This document shows, piece after piece, positions 19,291-29,842 of a stretch of DNA of 64,000 bases (position 1 is its first letter; every line of letters begins with the position of its first letter). Position numbers and translations under genes: made by a program. Under the pieces are notes generated by a model that saw only the letters and a program-made list of their open reading frames with translations, was not told where the DNA came from and ran no database searches. Source of the DNA: Candidatus Kaiserbacteria bacterium RIFCSPLOWO2_01_FULL_45_25. Lineage in GTDB: Bacteria; Patescibacteriota; Minisyncoccia; Phycocordibacterales; UBA918. The DNA lies in NCBI GenBank assembly GCA_001781415.1, contig MFLT01000001.1, forward strand, positions 51,600-115,599, in the 5' to 3' direction.

Positions 19291-21078
19291 ATGTCAAAGG
19301 AGATTCGCAATATCGCCATTATTGCTCACGTGGACCATGGCAAGACTACACTTACAGATGCTCTCATGGAGCAAACTGGAGCCCGCGAAAAGGGTGCTTC
19401 AATGGATAGTAACGCGCTAGAGTTAGAGCGTGGTATTACTATTTATGCCAAGAACACCTCAGTTGAATACAAGGGTACCAAGATCAATATCGTAGACACT
19501 CCAGGCCACGCGGACTTCGGTTCAGAAGTGGAGCGTGTGCTTCGATCTATTGACTCAGTGCTTCTAGTGGTAGACGCGCAGGAAGGTCCAATGCCGCAAA
19601 CTCGCTTCGTACTCAAGAAGTCTCTTGAACTTGGTCTTAAGCCAATTGTAGTTATCAATAAGATCGATAAGCCAGCCGCTGATCCGGCTCGGGCCGAAGA
19701 ACAAGTACTTGAACTCTTTCTTGAACTTGGTGCTAATGACGAACAATCAGACTTCACTGTTGTATACGCTGTTGGACGAGATGGTACAGCTAAGCGCAAA
19801 ATGGAAGATGAGCTAAAGGACCTCTCTCCACTGCTTGATGTAATCATTGAGCAAGTTCCACCAGCTCGGGCGTACGTTCCAGGCGAAGGACTCCGTGCTC
19901 AGGTGTTTAACCTCGGCTACGACAACTTCCTTGGCCGTTTGGCTGTGGCCCGTATTTACGAAGGCTCAATGAAAGCTAATCAGCAGCTTATCGTTATGCA
20001 CGAAGGTCAGGATGAAAAGAAGAAGGGTAAGATTGTAAAGCTCTCAACCTTTAAGGGAATTTCAAAACTTGAAACTGACGAAGCTTTTGCTGGAGACATT
20101 GTGATGATTGCTGGTTTTACCGACATCAATATCGGTGACACTATGACTGATTCTGAGTCAGCAGAACCACTACCATCTATCAAGGTGGATGAGCCAACTA
20201 TTGCACTTCAATTCATGCCAAACTCATCTCCGTTTGCGGGACGAGAAGGAAAGTATGTAACATCACGACAAATCCGTGAACGACTTGAGCGTGAGCTTGA
20301 AATCAACGTAGGACTACAAGTGGACTTCTCACAGGGAGATAGTTACGAAGTACGTGGTCGTGGTGAAATGCACATTGCGATTTTGCTCGAAAACATGCGA
20401 CGTGAAGGCTATGAACTCGCCGTGTCTCAACCACAAGTAATTGTGAAGGAGATTGACGGAGTTAAGTCTGAACCGTTTGAAGAAGTTACTGTTGACGTAC
20501 CGTCTGAATTCCAGGGTGCTGTTATTGAACGTCTTGGAAACCGTGCCTTTATCATGACCAACATGATCATGCACGAAAACCAAGTTCGTATGATGTTTGA
20601 AGGACCAACTCGTGGTCTCCTTGGTTACAAGAACCAATTCATTGTTGATACTAAGGGTGAAGGTATCTTGGCTTCACGCGTGCTAGGCTTTAAGCCATAC
20701 GCTGGTGAGATTAAGAAGCGCCAAGTCGGTTCTATGATCTCTATGATTCAAGGCAAGGCTCTGGCGTTTGCACTCTTCAGTCTCCAAGACCGTGGACAGC
20801 TCTACATTGGAGCCGGTACTGAGGTATACGAAGGTATGGTGATTGGAAATACTAGTAAGGGTGAGGAAATGGTGGTAAACCCAACTAAGGGTAAGCAGCT
20901 CACCAACATGCGTGCTTCTGGTACAGATGAAGCGGTAGTGCTTGTTAATCCAAGACTTATCTCAATTGAAGTTGGGCTTGAAATCATGTCTGAAGACGAA
21001 TATCTCGAAATCACTCCACAAAGTGTCCGCCTCCGAAAGGCAAAGTTGAAGGAAGGAGAACGAAAGAAGGGAAGTTAA
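19291..21078 (+). CDS. typA: Translational GTPase TypA/BipA
   Basis: [54 protein letters not shown]. Confidence 0.97.
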   Translation: MSKEIRNIAIIAHVDHGKTTLTDALMEQTGAREKGASMDSNALELERGITIYAKNTSVEYKGTKINIVDTPGHADFGSEVERVLRSIDSVLLVVDAQEGPMPQTRFVLKKSLELGLKPIVVINKIDKPAADPARAEEQVLELFLELGANDEQSDFTVVYAVGRDGTAKRKMEDELKDLSPLLDVIIEQVPPARAYVPGEGLRAQVFNLGYDNFLGRLAVARIYEGSMKANQQLIVMHEGQDEKKKGKIVKLSTFKGISKLETDEAFAGDIVMIAGFTDINIGDTMTDSESAEPLPSIKVDEPTIALQFMPNSSPFAGREGKYVTSRQIRERLERELEINVGLQVDFSQGDSYEVRGRGEMHIAILLENMRREGYELAVSQPQVIVKEIDGVKSEPFEEVTVDVPSEFQGAVIERLGNRAFIMTNMIMHENQVRMMFEGPTRGLLGYKNQFIVDTKGEGILASRVLGFKPYAGEIKKRQVGSMISMIQGKALAFALFSLQDRGQLYIGAGTEVYEGMVIGNTSKGEEMVVNPTKGKQLTNMRASGTDEAVVLVNPRLISIEVGLEIMSEDEYLEITPQSVRLRKAKLKEGERKKGS

Positions 21079-21098
21079 AACTCCACTTAACACTAATT

Positions 21099-21133
21099 AA
21101 AAAGCACCGCACCCCGTAGGGGTGCGGTGTTTT
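21099..21133 (+). terminator. typA terminator
   Basis: GCACCGCACCCC-GTA-GGGGTGCGGTGT followed by TTT. Confidence 0.75.
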
Positions 21134-21231
21134 GTAATACTCCATTTTAAATGGAGTATTACAATCAATTTGAATACTGGCAAAAATTATTTTAATAGGC
21201 TCATACCAGTATCGGGTGTAGACTTAGTGTT

Positions 21232-21750
21232 ATGCAATTAATTGGACTATTATTGACCGTCATCATCATAGGTGTGGTTTTTGCCTGGTACTCACCCAGT
21301 ACGACCACAACACCGGGAGTAGAAGAAAATACCACTACTTACAGTGAAGCGATTAATGCTGCTAAAGAAGTGGTTGAAAAAACAAATGAAGGTGGTGGCA
21401 CACAAGTGGAGGTGTACGCCGGCATTAGTGTTGGAGATTGGAGTACTGTCCTAGATTTGTCCGGCAGACAACTGACAGGCTCACTAAAAGCAGAAGTGAG
21501 ATTACTTACAGCACTGACCAAACTTAATCTTAGTGACAATCAATTTACTGGTATTCCAGCGGAGATTGGTCAGCTTAGTGAATTACGGGTACTTAATCTA
21601 GCCGGTAATCCAGTAACTGGTTTGCCACATGAGCTTGGTAATTTGCAAAAGCTTGAGGTGCTCGACCTGCGAAATACTTCATACTCGAAGCAAGACTTGG
21701 ATGTGATTGTGTCCAGGTTACCTGAAACGACAACTGTTTTAGTTGACTAG
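21232..21750 (+). CDS. Membrane-anchored leucine-rich repeat protein
   Basis: N-terminal TM; repeats LDLSGRQLTGSL, LNLSDNQFTGIPAEIGQL, LNLAGNPVTGLPHELGNL. Confidence 0.88.
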   Translation: MQLIGLLLTVIIIGVVFAWYSPSTTTTPGVEENTTTYSEAINAAKEVVEKTNEGGGTQVEVYAGISVGDWSTVLDLSGRQLTGSLKAEVRLLTALTKLNLSDNQFTGIPAEIGQLSELRVLNLAGNPVTGLPHELGNLQKLEVLDLRNTSYSKQDLDVIVSRLPETTTVLVD

Positions 21751-21813
21751 ATGGCTAACTAAAAACCGGCACCAAAATGTGCCGGTTTTTTGTTATTACA
21801 TTTAAATGGAATA

Positions 21814-22536
21814 CTACAGTTTGTTTTGTAGACCAAGAGTGGTCATGAGCTCCTTGAGCTCAGCTCCAGCTATCTTGCGGTACTGGTTTGGCTTGAGATC
21901 ACCTAGTTCAATATTCATAACACGCAGACGCTTGAGGGTCTGGACTTGATAGCCGAGGGCGGCACACATGCGACGAATTTGGTGCTTCTTACCTTCAGTA
22001 ATTACTAGGGTAAACTTCTTTTGGTTGCGGGGTGAGGCTACTACTGTCGCTGGTTTGGTGCGGTAGCCTTCGATGTCTACTCCGAGAGCCATTAACTTCA
22101 CAAACATGCCAGTAACTGGCTTGTCTACAGTTACTTCATATTCTTTCTCGTGATTGGCTTCTGGATCTAGGACTGGTCCAGTGATACGTCCGTCGTTAGT
22201 GAGGAGGATGAGTCCTTCTGAGTCTTTGTCTAGACGACCAAGTGGCGCTACTCCAGTAATACTGTAGTCCTTCTTGAGGCGAGTGATGATATCAACTTCA
22301 CCTTCACTTGGTGAGTGAGTGATAATACCGCGGCCTTTGTAGTAGGCGAGGTAGAGATACTTTTTGGTAGCTCCAACTACTTCTACCTTGTCTCCAGAAT
22401 TGATGTGTTGGCCTAGTACGGCTACTTTGCCGTTAACCAAGACCTTCTTATCACTAATGAGTGTATCTGCTTCACGACGTGAGGCGATTTTTTGGTCAGC
22501 GAGGTATTTATTGATACGGATAGGGGAATCTGTCAT
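21814..22536 (-). CDS. rRNA pseudouridine synthase (RsuA/RluB/RluF family)
   Basis: S4 domain RINKYLA....SRREAD, GRLDKDSEGL catalytic motif, EGKKHQIRRM. Confidence 0.93.
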   Translation of the reverse strand: MTDSPIRINKYLADQKIASRREADTLISDKKVLVNGKVAVLGQHINSGDKVEVVGATKKYLYLAYYKGRGIITHSPSEGEVDIITRLKKDYSITGVAPLGRLDKDSEGLILLTNDGRITGPVLDPEANHEKEYEVTVDKPVTGMFVKLMALGVDIEGYRTKPATVVASPRNQKKFTLVITEGKKHQIRRMCAALGYQVQTLKRLRVMNIELGDLKPNQYRKIAGAELKELMTTLGLQNKL

Positions 22537-22659
22537 AGGTCAAGATTATAGCACAAAAATTGTATTTTTCAAGGCATTCGTAATGGTTCAATAGCTTGTG
22601 AACGCTAAAGGTATAAAAAAGCGCCGGGTGGGTACCGACGCGAGTGTGGGTGGACAGAG

Positions 22660-23142
22660 TCATCTGTCAGGGTGCTTGACCTGAATGTTGATGTATCGCT
22701 CGTCGGGGTCGACCCGGCAACGACCAACTAAACCAGGTGCAACAGCTTTTTTAATCACGTCAGTCATGTCGACATCTGTGTAGTACATGCGGTTGCCCTT
22801 GAAATAGCTGAGCCTGATGTTGTATGTGGTGAACAACCTCCGGTGGCGTTGGCTATATGCGCGGGTGCACATATCGCCAGTGAACAGAGTCACTTCCCGG
22901 CCACGAGCTTTGTCCTTGAACTCATTGAACCCTAGCCAAGTTACTGAGGGATTGTCAGGATTGATTCTCTGGTCTATGGCTTGTTGCATTTCAGCCGGAT
23001 AACGCACCACAATGTGGAACGGAATCTCGGTCGGGAAGGGAACTCGCACAAACGCAGTCTGCGCTTGGGCCTCAGGCGCATCCGTAAACACGGCAAGGGT
23101 CAGGGCAAAGGCGGCGAAGAGAGAGCGGGCAAAGGTGGTCAT
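22660..23142 (-). CDS. Hypothetical secreted protein (GC-rich, SD-led)
   Basis: Signal peptide ending AQA; GGAG upstream; TTGACA on the minus strand at 23213-23218. Confidence 0.7.
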   Translation of the reverse strand: MTTFARSLFAAFALTLAVFTDAPEAQAQTAFVRVPFPTEIPFHIVVRYPAEMQQAIDQRINPDNPSVTWLGFNEFKDKARGREVTLFTGDMCTRAYSQRHRRLFTTYNIRLSYFKGNRMYYTDVDMTDVIKKAVAPGLVGRCRVDPDERYINIQVKHPDR

Positions 23143-23322
23143 GGCAAATCTCCAAAGGTGAAAAGAAGGAACGAGACTTTCTGAGTTTCATAGTGGGATA
23201 CTTATATGGATATGTCAATAACTTTTGTTGAGACAAAGTGCTAAAAATGGTTAAAATCACTCAAAAAATTTGCCTGGTATCTCTAATTTAGCCAAAGGTG
23301 GTAGAATTAACTCTACGCACAT

Positions 23323-23904
23323 ATGGACAATACAGAGTTCCAACTCAGTGATGAAGAAATAGTGGCTATGACTCTCCGTGAGCATAGCTCATTTGGTTTT
23401 ATTATTGAGCGCTATGAAGCCAAACTAAAGCGATACATTGGTCGACTTGGTGTGCGTAACTATGATGATCAAGCTGATGTCTTGCAGGAGATTTTTATTA
23501 AAGCCTACAAGAATTTAAACAGCTTTGATACCTCACTATCCTTTTCATCGTGGATTTATCGCATCGCCCACAATGAGGCGATTAGTTGGTACCGCAAACA
23601 CAATGTTCGTCCCGAAGGTCACCTTATAGCTGATGGTGAAGAAGTGTTGGCTCTCCTCAAGAGTAAAGAAGAGGGGGTCGAAGCAGCTTATGATAAAGAG
23701 GTAAACGCTGAGGAACTCGGGCGAGCCATGGAGGAAATTGATGAAAAGTACCGTGAGGTGCTGATTTTGCGGTATTTTGAACACAAAGAATACGAGGAAA
23801 TATCAGATATTTTGAAGATTCCAACTGGTTCGGTCGGAACCCTTATTTCCCGCGGCAAGAAACAGCTTTATAATGTACTAAACCAAAACGCCCTACGTAT
23901 ATAA
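23323..23904 (+). CDS. ECF RNA polymerase sigma factor
   Basis: D..QEIFIKAY..L..FD....FSSWIYRIA.N region 2; YEEIS.IL..P.G.V...ISRGK region 4. Confidence 0.93.
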   Translation: MDNTEFQLSDEEIVAMTLREHSSFGFIIERYEAKLKRYIGRLGVRNYDDQADVLQEIFIKAYKNLNSFDTSLSFSSWIYRIAHNEAISWYRKHNVRPEGHLIADGEEVLALLKSKEEGVEAAYDKEVNAEELGRAMEEIDEKYREVLILRYFEHKEYEEISDILKIPTGSVGTLISRGKKQLYNVLNQNALRI

Positions 23905-23909
23905 CAGAT

Positions 23910-24773
23910 ATGGAAACATCACAGACAAACCAGCCAGATTTAAAGAATCAAATTCTGAGTAGAATTGAGAAGGATGCACTCTGTCCAGACTCCAGGCTCA
24001 TAATAAGTAGTAAGGAATACGCTATGTGGGGGCTGTGGTTTTTGACCGTTCTCCTCGGCGCTCTGTCTGTAGCGGTGACACTCTTTGTGCTGATGCATCG
24101 CCAGTATTCGTTCTATCAGGTCACACATACATCGTTTTTAACCTTTATGGTTGATGTCTTGCCATATCTGTGGATCGCTATGTTTTCTGTCATGGTCATC
24201 TTTGCGGTGTATAACTTTCGGCATACCAAACACGGCTATCGCTATCCGTTATGGAAGATTCTTGGTAGTAGTGTGATTTTGAGCTTGGCCGGCGGGGCTT
24301 TGCTGCACTTAGGTGGAGTTGGGTTTAGTCTAGACAGAACCATCGGTAATTTTTCTAAAGAATATACCTCACAAGAGAAGTTAGAGATGCGTTTCTGGCA
24401 AAACCCAGAAGAAGGTCGGCTGGTCGGTGTATTTCTGGGTGCTGAAGACGGCGTTCCGTTACCACTAGTGGTCCTTGAGGATGCGCGCGGTACTCGCTGG
24501 GAGATGAATGTTGCTGAATTAAATGATGTTGATATCAGAATAATTGAAAGTGGTAAGCGGGTGCGAGTGCTTGGTGTACTTGAAAATGCTTTACCAGCTC
24601 AGTTTTATGCTTGCGCCGTCTTTCCATGGATTTATGAACAGAGGTATTCAATGCACGAGCTCGGTGAAATGAAGCGGTCTATGCAGGAACGTATTTTGCG
24701 ACATACGCAGGCTTTACCTGGAGTGGTGGAAGAAGGAAAGTGCAGTCACTTGGTACTTAAAGGTGCGTTTTAA
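23910..24773 (+). CDS. Multi-TM protein, putative anti-sigma factor
   Basis: Starts 5 nt after the ECF gene; three TM helices, LPYLW and R.T..GYRY motifs, extracellular C-terminal domain. Confidence 0.6.
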   Translation: METSQTNQPDLKNQILSRIEKDALCPDSRLIISSKEYAMWGLWFLTVLLGALSVAVTLFVLMHRQYSFYQVTHTSFLTFMVDVLPYLWIAMFSVMVIFAVYNFRHTKHGYRYPLWKILGSSVILSLAGGALLHLGGVGFSLDRTIGNFSKEYTSQEKLEMRFWQNPEEGRLVGVFLGAEDGVPLPLVVLEDARGTRWEMNVAELNDVDIRIIESGKRVRVLGVLENALPAQFYACAVFPWIYEQRYSMHELGEMKRSMQERILRHTQALPGVVEEGKCSHLVLKGAF

Positions 24774-24929
24774 ATAAAAGGGCACAATTTGCTTTTATAA
24801 AAATCTGTGTCCTGAATTTACAATTGTGAAATAGAGGAGTACTATTATGCGTATCACGCGGCTCCAAACAAACCACGTGGAATTGTTAGCGTTTATCCGA
24901 GGTTTTTAGCATTTAATCTTATTATATTT

Positions 24930-27900
24930 ATGAATAATTTATACGTACAAAATAGTTCGCTCGCTCGACTTTGGGCAGCCCTTACTATGTTAGCTGTTGT
25001 TTTAAGCGCCTTCAGTGCGCCTTTTTCTGTGTTTGCACAGGAAGTGCCAGAGGTAGTAGATCCAACTCCAATTGTTGACCCAGCACCAACAGATCTTCCT
25101 GATGGAGATGTAGATGGTGACGAAGATGAAGGAGATGGATTGCCGACGACCGGAGAAGAGTCGCTTCGAACGTTTAATATGTCTACGCCAAACGGCGGAC
25201 CAAGTCCAAAGGTGACTATTTGCCATGCTAACGAAAGTAACGAGCAGGCGAACAACCCATTTACGGACAATGATGTTGATGAGGATGGTCTAAATGGTCA
25301 CGGTGACCATGCTGATGATATTATTCCAGTAACTGATGATTTTCCGAATGGTCAAAACCTAACAACAGTTTATGCTGAGTTTGGTGGATTGACTGGTCAG
25401 CAAATTCTTGATGATGAATGTGATACACCAGAAAAGGAAGTAAAAATTTCAATCACCAAGATTATCTGTGAAGATGAGACCTTGCTTCCAAATGACGGCT
25501 ATACTGAAATTACAGCCGCTACTGCCGCTAATTTCTTGGCTGAAAATCCATCTTGTTATGAAGGTGAAGGTTTTGAGTTTCAATGGGCCAAGGGTGGAGT
25601 AAATACCACTGAAGATAACAGTGGTGAACTTGGTTCACCGTGGACAACCACAGACGAAACAGACAGTAATGGTAACGTAGTCATAACTCTATCTGAAAAG
25701 GATGTCAAAAATCAAAGTAAAATTTCAGTGCGAGAAGTTTGGAGCGCAGACTACATTCCATTTACTGGAAAGAACGGCAGTAATGTTTCAGCTGAACTAT
25801 ACTGTGCCAATGATGCAGCTAATTTCGATAACTTGGAATGGGTTGGTCAGAACGGAACTCTAGCACTTGATGAGACCTATCACTGTGTAGCCTGGAATGT
25901 TCCTGTACTTGAGGAGATTGAAATGTGTAAATTTAATGCACTAGAAGCTCCAATTGCCGGCTGGGAGATGACACTAACTAATGGAGACCAGTCATACACT
26001 CTTGAAACTGGAGAAAACGGTTGTGTATCAAAGATGGTTAATCCAAATATTGGTCCATGGACAACAAGTGAAGAGATGCAAAAAGATTGGGAACAAGTTG
26101 ATGTTTCTGTTCAAAACGGTTTTATTGATACAGAAGATGAAGTAACAGAGTACTGTGTATTCTTTGATGGTGAAGTAAAGCTTCCTATCACTAACTTCGT
26201 AGAAATTCCTGATACAGATAAGAGTTGTACATTCACTAATGAATATGTTGAACCTTGTGAAGATAAGCTTGATGGGGATTGGGCTAATAGTGTAGTGACG
26301 TCTGATCAGGGACTAAAGAAGAACGGTGCAGCTATAACTGACCCAAACCGCACTGATGATGAAAAGGTGCTAGGAGTAGAGGATTGGGTAGTTAACGGTT
26401 CAACTGGTTTCTTTTCTCTTGGATTTGGAGGTTCTGTCACTGTAGAGTTTGATAACTTTGTGCCAAATGTGCTTGGTAACGACATTGCTGTGTATGAAGC
26501 AACAAACGGCACCTATCCAGCTGAAACAGCAAAGGTAGAGGTTAGTCAGAACGGTACAGATTGGGAAGAGGTTGGTACGGCAAGTAATCTAAATGTAGAT
26601 CGAATTTCAAACTTTGATTTTGATTCAACTGGATTGGCTTGGATTAAGTTTGTTCGTGTCACTGACACTTCAAACCCAGCTCTCCATGTTAATGATGCTG
26701 ACGGATTTGATGTAGACGCAATTTCTGCCACGGAGTCACTTTGTGATGAACCAGAAGGACCAAAGTTTTCTGATGTGACTATGTGTAAGATTGATGGAAA
26801 TCAAAATGCACTTTCAGGTTGGAATCTCATGCTCCTCGGAGCCGAGGTAGATACTGTTAGTGTTTCAGCTACTAATGGTGCTGGTACAGACGTAGCTTTA
26901 GCTGCTGGGCCATACGTAGCCATTGCTTCAGGTACTTGGGAAAACCACCGTACTCCGCTTAACACTGTTGATGCGGAATACTCAACTGAAGACAATTGGG
27001 CTACTAACATGGACGGATTTACTGGTTATGGAACTGAAATTCTAGAACTAAAAGTCGGTGGAGCCTTTGGAGATTGGGGTGTTTACAATAGTTTGCATCG
27101 CTACGCTCGCGCTTTCGCTCAAGTAGCGGACGGAGTTACAAACTTTGCCGTTTCTGACAGTTATTATGGCGATAACACTGGCTCACTAAACGTGGCTGTG
27201 TATGAAGGCTACGCTGGTCTAACTGGTGCAAATGGCTGCGTAGTATTTGAAGATGTACCATTTGGCACTTATAACGTCGATGAAATCATGCAAGACGGTT
27301 GGCTTAATGCTTCGGGCCTTGGTGAGGTAACAGTTGATTCTGAAACAGAAAGTTTCACTGTTATTAATCGACCTGTAGATACTCCAGCTGAGGAAGTCGC
27401 TACCGTAGTGGCACACAAGATTGTGTGTACCGACGAAGCTGAGTTGCCAAACTGGGGTGCTGCAAACCTTAATAACATCTCTTCTTCAACAGCAGCTGAT
27501 TGGGTAGCCACTCACGACTCTTGCGAATTTGAAGCTGGTTGGGAATTTGAATGGGCCCCACAAGGCACTTCAAATCCAGACAACAACCTACCAACTAGTG
27601 GCCTTTATGGTGCGGCTGGTGGAAGCTGGACAACCTTTGGTCCAACAGACGTAAATGGAAAGACTCAAGTTTCTCTCTCTGCTGCGCAAATTGCTGGTAT
27701 GAGTAACATTTGGATGCGTGAAGTGCTTAAGGATGGATATATTCCTTTCACTTATGGTCCAGGTAATCTAACTAACGAAGACGACTACTCTGCCGAAATC
27801 TACTGTCATACTGACGCGTTGAATTATGACAACTACGACCGCGTAGACGGTATTGCGGTAGATAATACTTACTACTGTGTGGCGTGGAATCACGCTGAAG

Positions 27901-29087
27901 TACCAGCACCGGTTTGTGAAGCTGAGGTGGACTTGCTTACAAACGGTTCATTTGAAGATCCAGTAGTTACCAATAGTGGATTGTGGCAAAAATTCCCTAG
28001 TGTGACTGGTTGGTTGATTCAAAAAGTGGCAGATTTAACCGCCACTACACTTGAAATTCATAAAGGCTGGAGCGGTAATCAAGCCGCTGCTGGACTGCAG
28101 TATGTGGAGCTAGATGGTGACCATAGTACACAAGTTAGTCAGACTGTAGCAGTAATTCCTGGCGAAACCTATGACTTATCATGGGCTTTTGCTCCACGAC
28201 AAAACATCGCTGCTGAACAAAATCAGCTTGGAGTTTATGTTGATGGTGTACAAGTGGAGTCAGATGGACCAAGCTCAATTGGTACCGCTCTAACTATTGC
28301 TGATTGGCAAAATGGTACTGTGAGTTTTGTAGCCACAACCAGTTCAGTAACTATCTCTATGGTTGATGCTGGGCCAAGTAATTCATTTGGTACTTTCCTT
28401 GATGATGTATCGCTTAAGTGTAATCCAGATGGTGGAGATGATGAGGGTGATGGAGACGGTGATAATGACGAAGATGATACTTATCGTCTAGAGGGATATA
28501 TCTGGAATGACGACGATAGAAACACTCTGTGGGGTGAAGGTGAGCTTTCACTCGCTGGTTGGACTGTAACAGCCACCAAGGGTGCAACTACCTACTCAAC
28601 AACTACTGATGAGTCTGGCTACTACTACTTTGATGTACCAGCTGGTACCTGGACTATTTCTCAAGAAGTTCAAACTGATTGGGAACAAACCACGACTCCT
28701 GAATCATATGAGGTAATTGTGCCATCTCTAGTAACTCAAAGTTTGGTAGAACGAGTATTGGCGTACATTATCCCAGTAGCACACGCTGCAGTTGTAGAAA
28801 TAATCGATGACCTAGACTTTGGTAATGATTTTATTGGTACTACACCAAATCCTACTTCAAACGGTGGTGGCGGTGGCGGAGGTGGACGACTAGTTCGATC
28901 TACTCCAACCGTAGCTGGAGATTCAATCTCTACACCAACACCAATGCCGCTAGTATTGGGTGAGCAGGTATCAGTAGTGCCTTATGGTGCTCCTGGTACA
29001 GGACATGGTGGAACTTCTTCATCTATGAACGTTCTATCATTATTACAAATCCTTTTTACTAACCGAAAGACAGAACTCGTTAAGTAA
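24930..29087 (+). CDS. Large acidic multi-domain surface protein (duplicated Cys-containing module, DUF642-like carbohydrate-binding module, SdrD-B-like domain), probable class F sortase substrate
   Basis: Signal peptide; K.IC.DE..LPN...C...F.W...REV....YIPFT...SAE.YC..D..N.DN twice; L.NGSFE.P...ELD; G..WND....GE..L.GWTV...TDE.GYY.F; C-terminal PYGAPGTG.GG. Confidence 0.8.
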   Translation: MNNLYVQNSSLARLWAALTMLAVVLSAFSAPFSVFAQEVPEVVDPTPIVDPAPTDLPDGDVDGDEDEGDGLPTTGEESLRTFNMSTPNGGPSPKVTICHANESNEQANNPFTDNDVDEDGLNGHGDHADDIIPVTDDFPNGQNLTTVYAEFGGLTGQQILDDECDTPEKEVKISITKIICEDETLLPNDGYTEITAATAANFLAENPSCYEGEGFEFQWAKGGVNTTEDNSGELGSPWTTTDETDSNGNVVITLSEKDVKNQSKISVREVWSADYIPFTGKNGSNVSAELYCANDAANFDNLEWVGQNGTLALDETYHCVAWNVPVLEEIEMCKFNALEAPIAGWEMTLTNGDQSYTLETGENGCVSKMVNPNIGPWTTSEEMQKDWEQVDVSVQNGFIDTEDEVTEYCVFFDGEVKLPITNFVEIPDTDKSCTFTNEYVEPCEDKLDGDWANSVVTSDQGLKKNGAAITDPNRTDDEKVLGVEDWVVNGSTGFFSLGFGGSVTVEFDNFVPNVLGNDIAVYEATNGTYPAETAKVEVSQNGTDWEEVGTASNLNVDRISNFDFDSTGLAWIKFVRVTDTSNPALHVNDADGFDVDAISATESLCDEPEGPKFSDVTMCKIDGNQNALSGWNLMLLGAEVDTVSVSATNGAGTDVALAAGPYVAIASGTWENHRTPLNTVDAEYSTEDNWATNMDGFTGYGTEILELKVGGAFGDWGVYNSLHRYARAFAQVADGVTNFAVSDSYYGDNTGSLNVAVYEGYAGLTGANGCVVFEDVPFGTYNVDEIMQDGWLNASGLGEVTVDSETESFTVINRPVDTPAEEVATVVAHKIVCTDEAELPNWGAANLNNISSSTAADWVATHDSCEFEAGWEFEWAPQGTSNPDNNLPTSGLYGAAGGSWTTFGPTDVNGKTQVSLSAAQIAGMSNIWMREVLKDGYIPFTYGPGNLTNEDDYSAEIYCHTDALNYDNYDRVDGIAVDNTYYCVAWNHAEVPAPVCEAEVDLLTNGSFEDPVVTNSGLWQKFPSVTGWLIQKVADLTATTLEIHKGWSGNQAAAGLQYVELDGDHSTQVSQTVAVIPGETYDLSWAFAPRQNIAAEQNQLGVYVDGVQVESDGPSSIGTALTIADWQNGTVSFVATTSSVTISMVDAGPSNSFGTFLDDVSLKCNPDGGDDEGDGDGDNDEDDTYRLEGYIWNDDDRNTLWGEGELSLAGWTVTATKGATTYSTTTDESGYYYFDVPAGTWTISQEVQTDWEQTTTPESYEVIVPSLVTQSLVERVLAYIIPVAHAAVVEIIDDLDFGNDFIGTTPNPTSNGGGGGGGGRLVRSTPTVAGDSISTPTPMPLVLGEQVSVVPYGAPGTGHGGTSSSMNVLSLLQILFTNRKTELVK

Positions 29088-29102
29088 TTAGTGAAAGTAC
29101 AA

Positions 29103-29135
29103 CAAAAGCCCGTTGCCGCAGGCAACGGGCTTTTG
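29103..29135 (+). terminator. Intrinsic terminator
   Basis: CAAAAGCCCGTTGCC-GCA-GGCAACGGGCTTTTG. Confidence 0.75.
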
Positions 29136-29177
29136 TCTTGCTAAATGAATTAAATAAGCCTACTATTAAAACGTTAT

Positions 29178-29819
29178 ATGGACACTAAGGCAAAAACTGA
29201 CGTAATAGTAAAGGCAGTCACCTCGCGGCGAGGCAGGGCCCTACTATTTGGTGTTATCGTCGGCTCCCTAATTGGCCTATATCTATTTACTACCGATAAT
29301 CAGCCAACTGCAGAGTTGGTGGTTGAGGAGGCAGCAGCGCCACAAGAAGCGTATGCTTTGGCTCCATCAGAACCAACTAGGTTGCGGATTCCTAAGCTAG
29401 ATATTGATACTACTTTTGTGCCGCCGCTAGGTTTACTACCAAACGGTGAAGTGGCCGTGCCTGATTCTGATACAGAAGTAGGTTGGTATAAACACAGCCC
29501 AACTCCTGGCGCTCTTGGACCGGCGGTTATTTTGGGACATATAGATTCATATACTGGTCCAGCCGTGTTTTTCTATCTAGGCCAACTTGAACCTGGTGAC
29601 GATGTGTTTGTAGATCGTGCTGACGGCAGCACCGCTCACTTCAAGGTAGAGTCACTGGAACGACCACGTCAGTCTGAGTTTCCAACGGAGCGAGTGTATG
29701 GAAATATTGATCATGCTGGCTTACGACTCATTACTTGTTCGGGTATTTATGTAAAGGGTAATCAACGCTACACCCACAATTTGGTAGTGTACGCACGTTT
29801 GGTAAGTGAGGGTGGTTAA
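29178..29819 (+). CDS. Class F sortase
   Basis: N-terminal TM, P.RLRIP, VGWY...PG..G.AVI.GHID...PAVF..L, LRLITC, Y..N.VVYA (Asn in place of the usual Arg). Confidence 0.9.
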   Translation: MDTKAKTDVIVKAVTSRRGRALLFGVIVGSLIGLYLFTTDNQPTAELVVEEAAAPQEAYALAPSEPTRLRIPKLDIDTTFVPPLGLLPNGEVAVPDSDTEVGWYKHSPTPGALGPAVILGHIDSYTGPAVFFYLGQLEPGDDVFVDRADGSTAHFKVESLERPRQSEFPTERVYGNIDHAGLRLITCSGIYVKGNQRYTHNLVVYARLVSEGG

Positions 29820-29842
29820 TTTGTTGCTATAATACACACATT

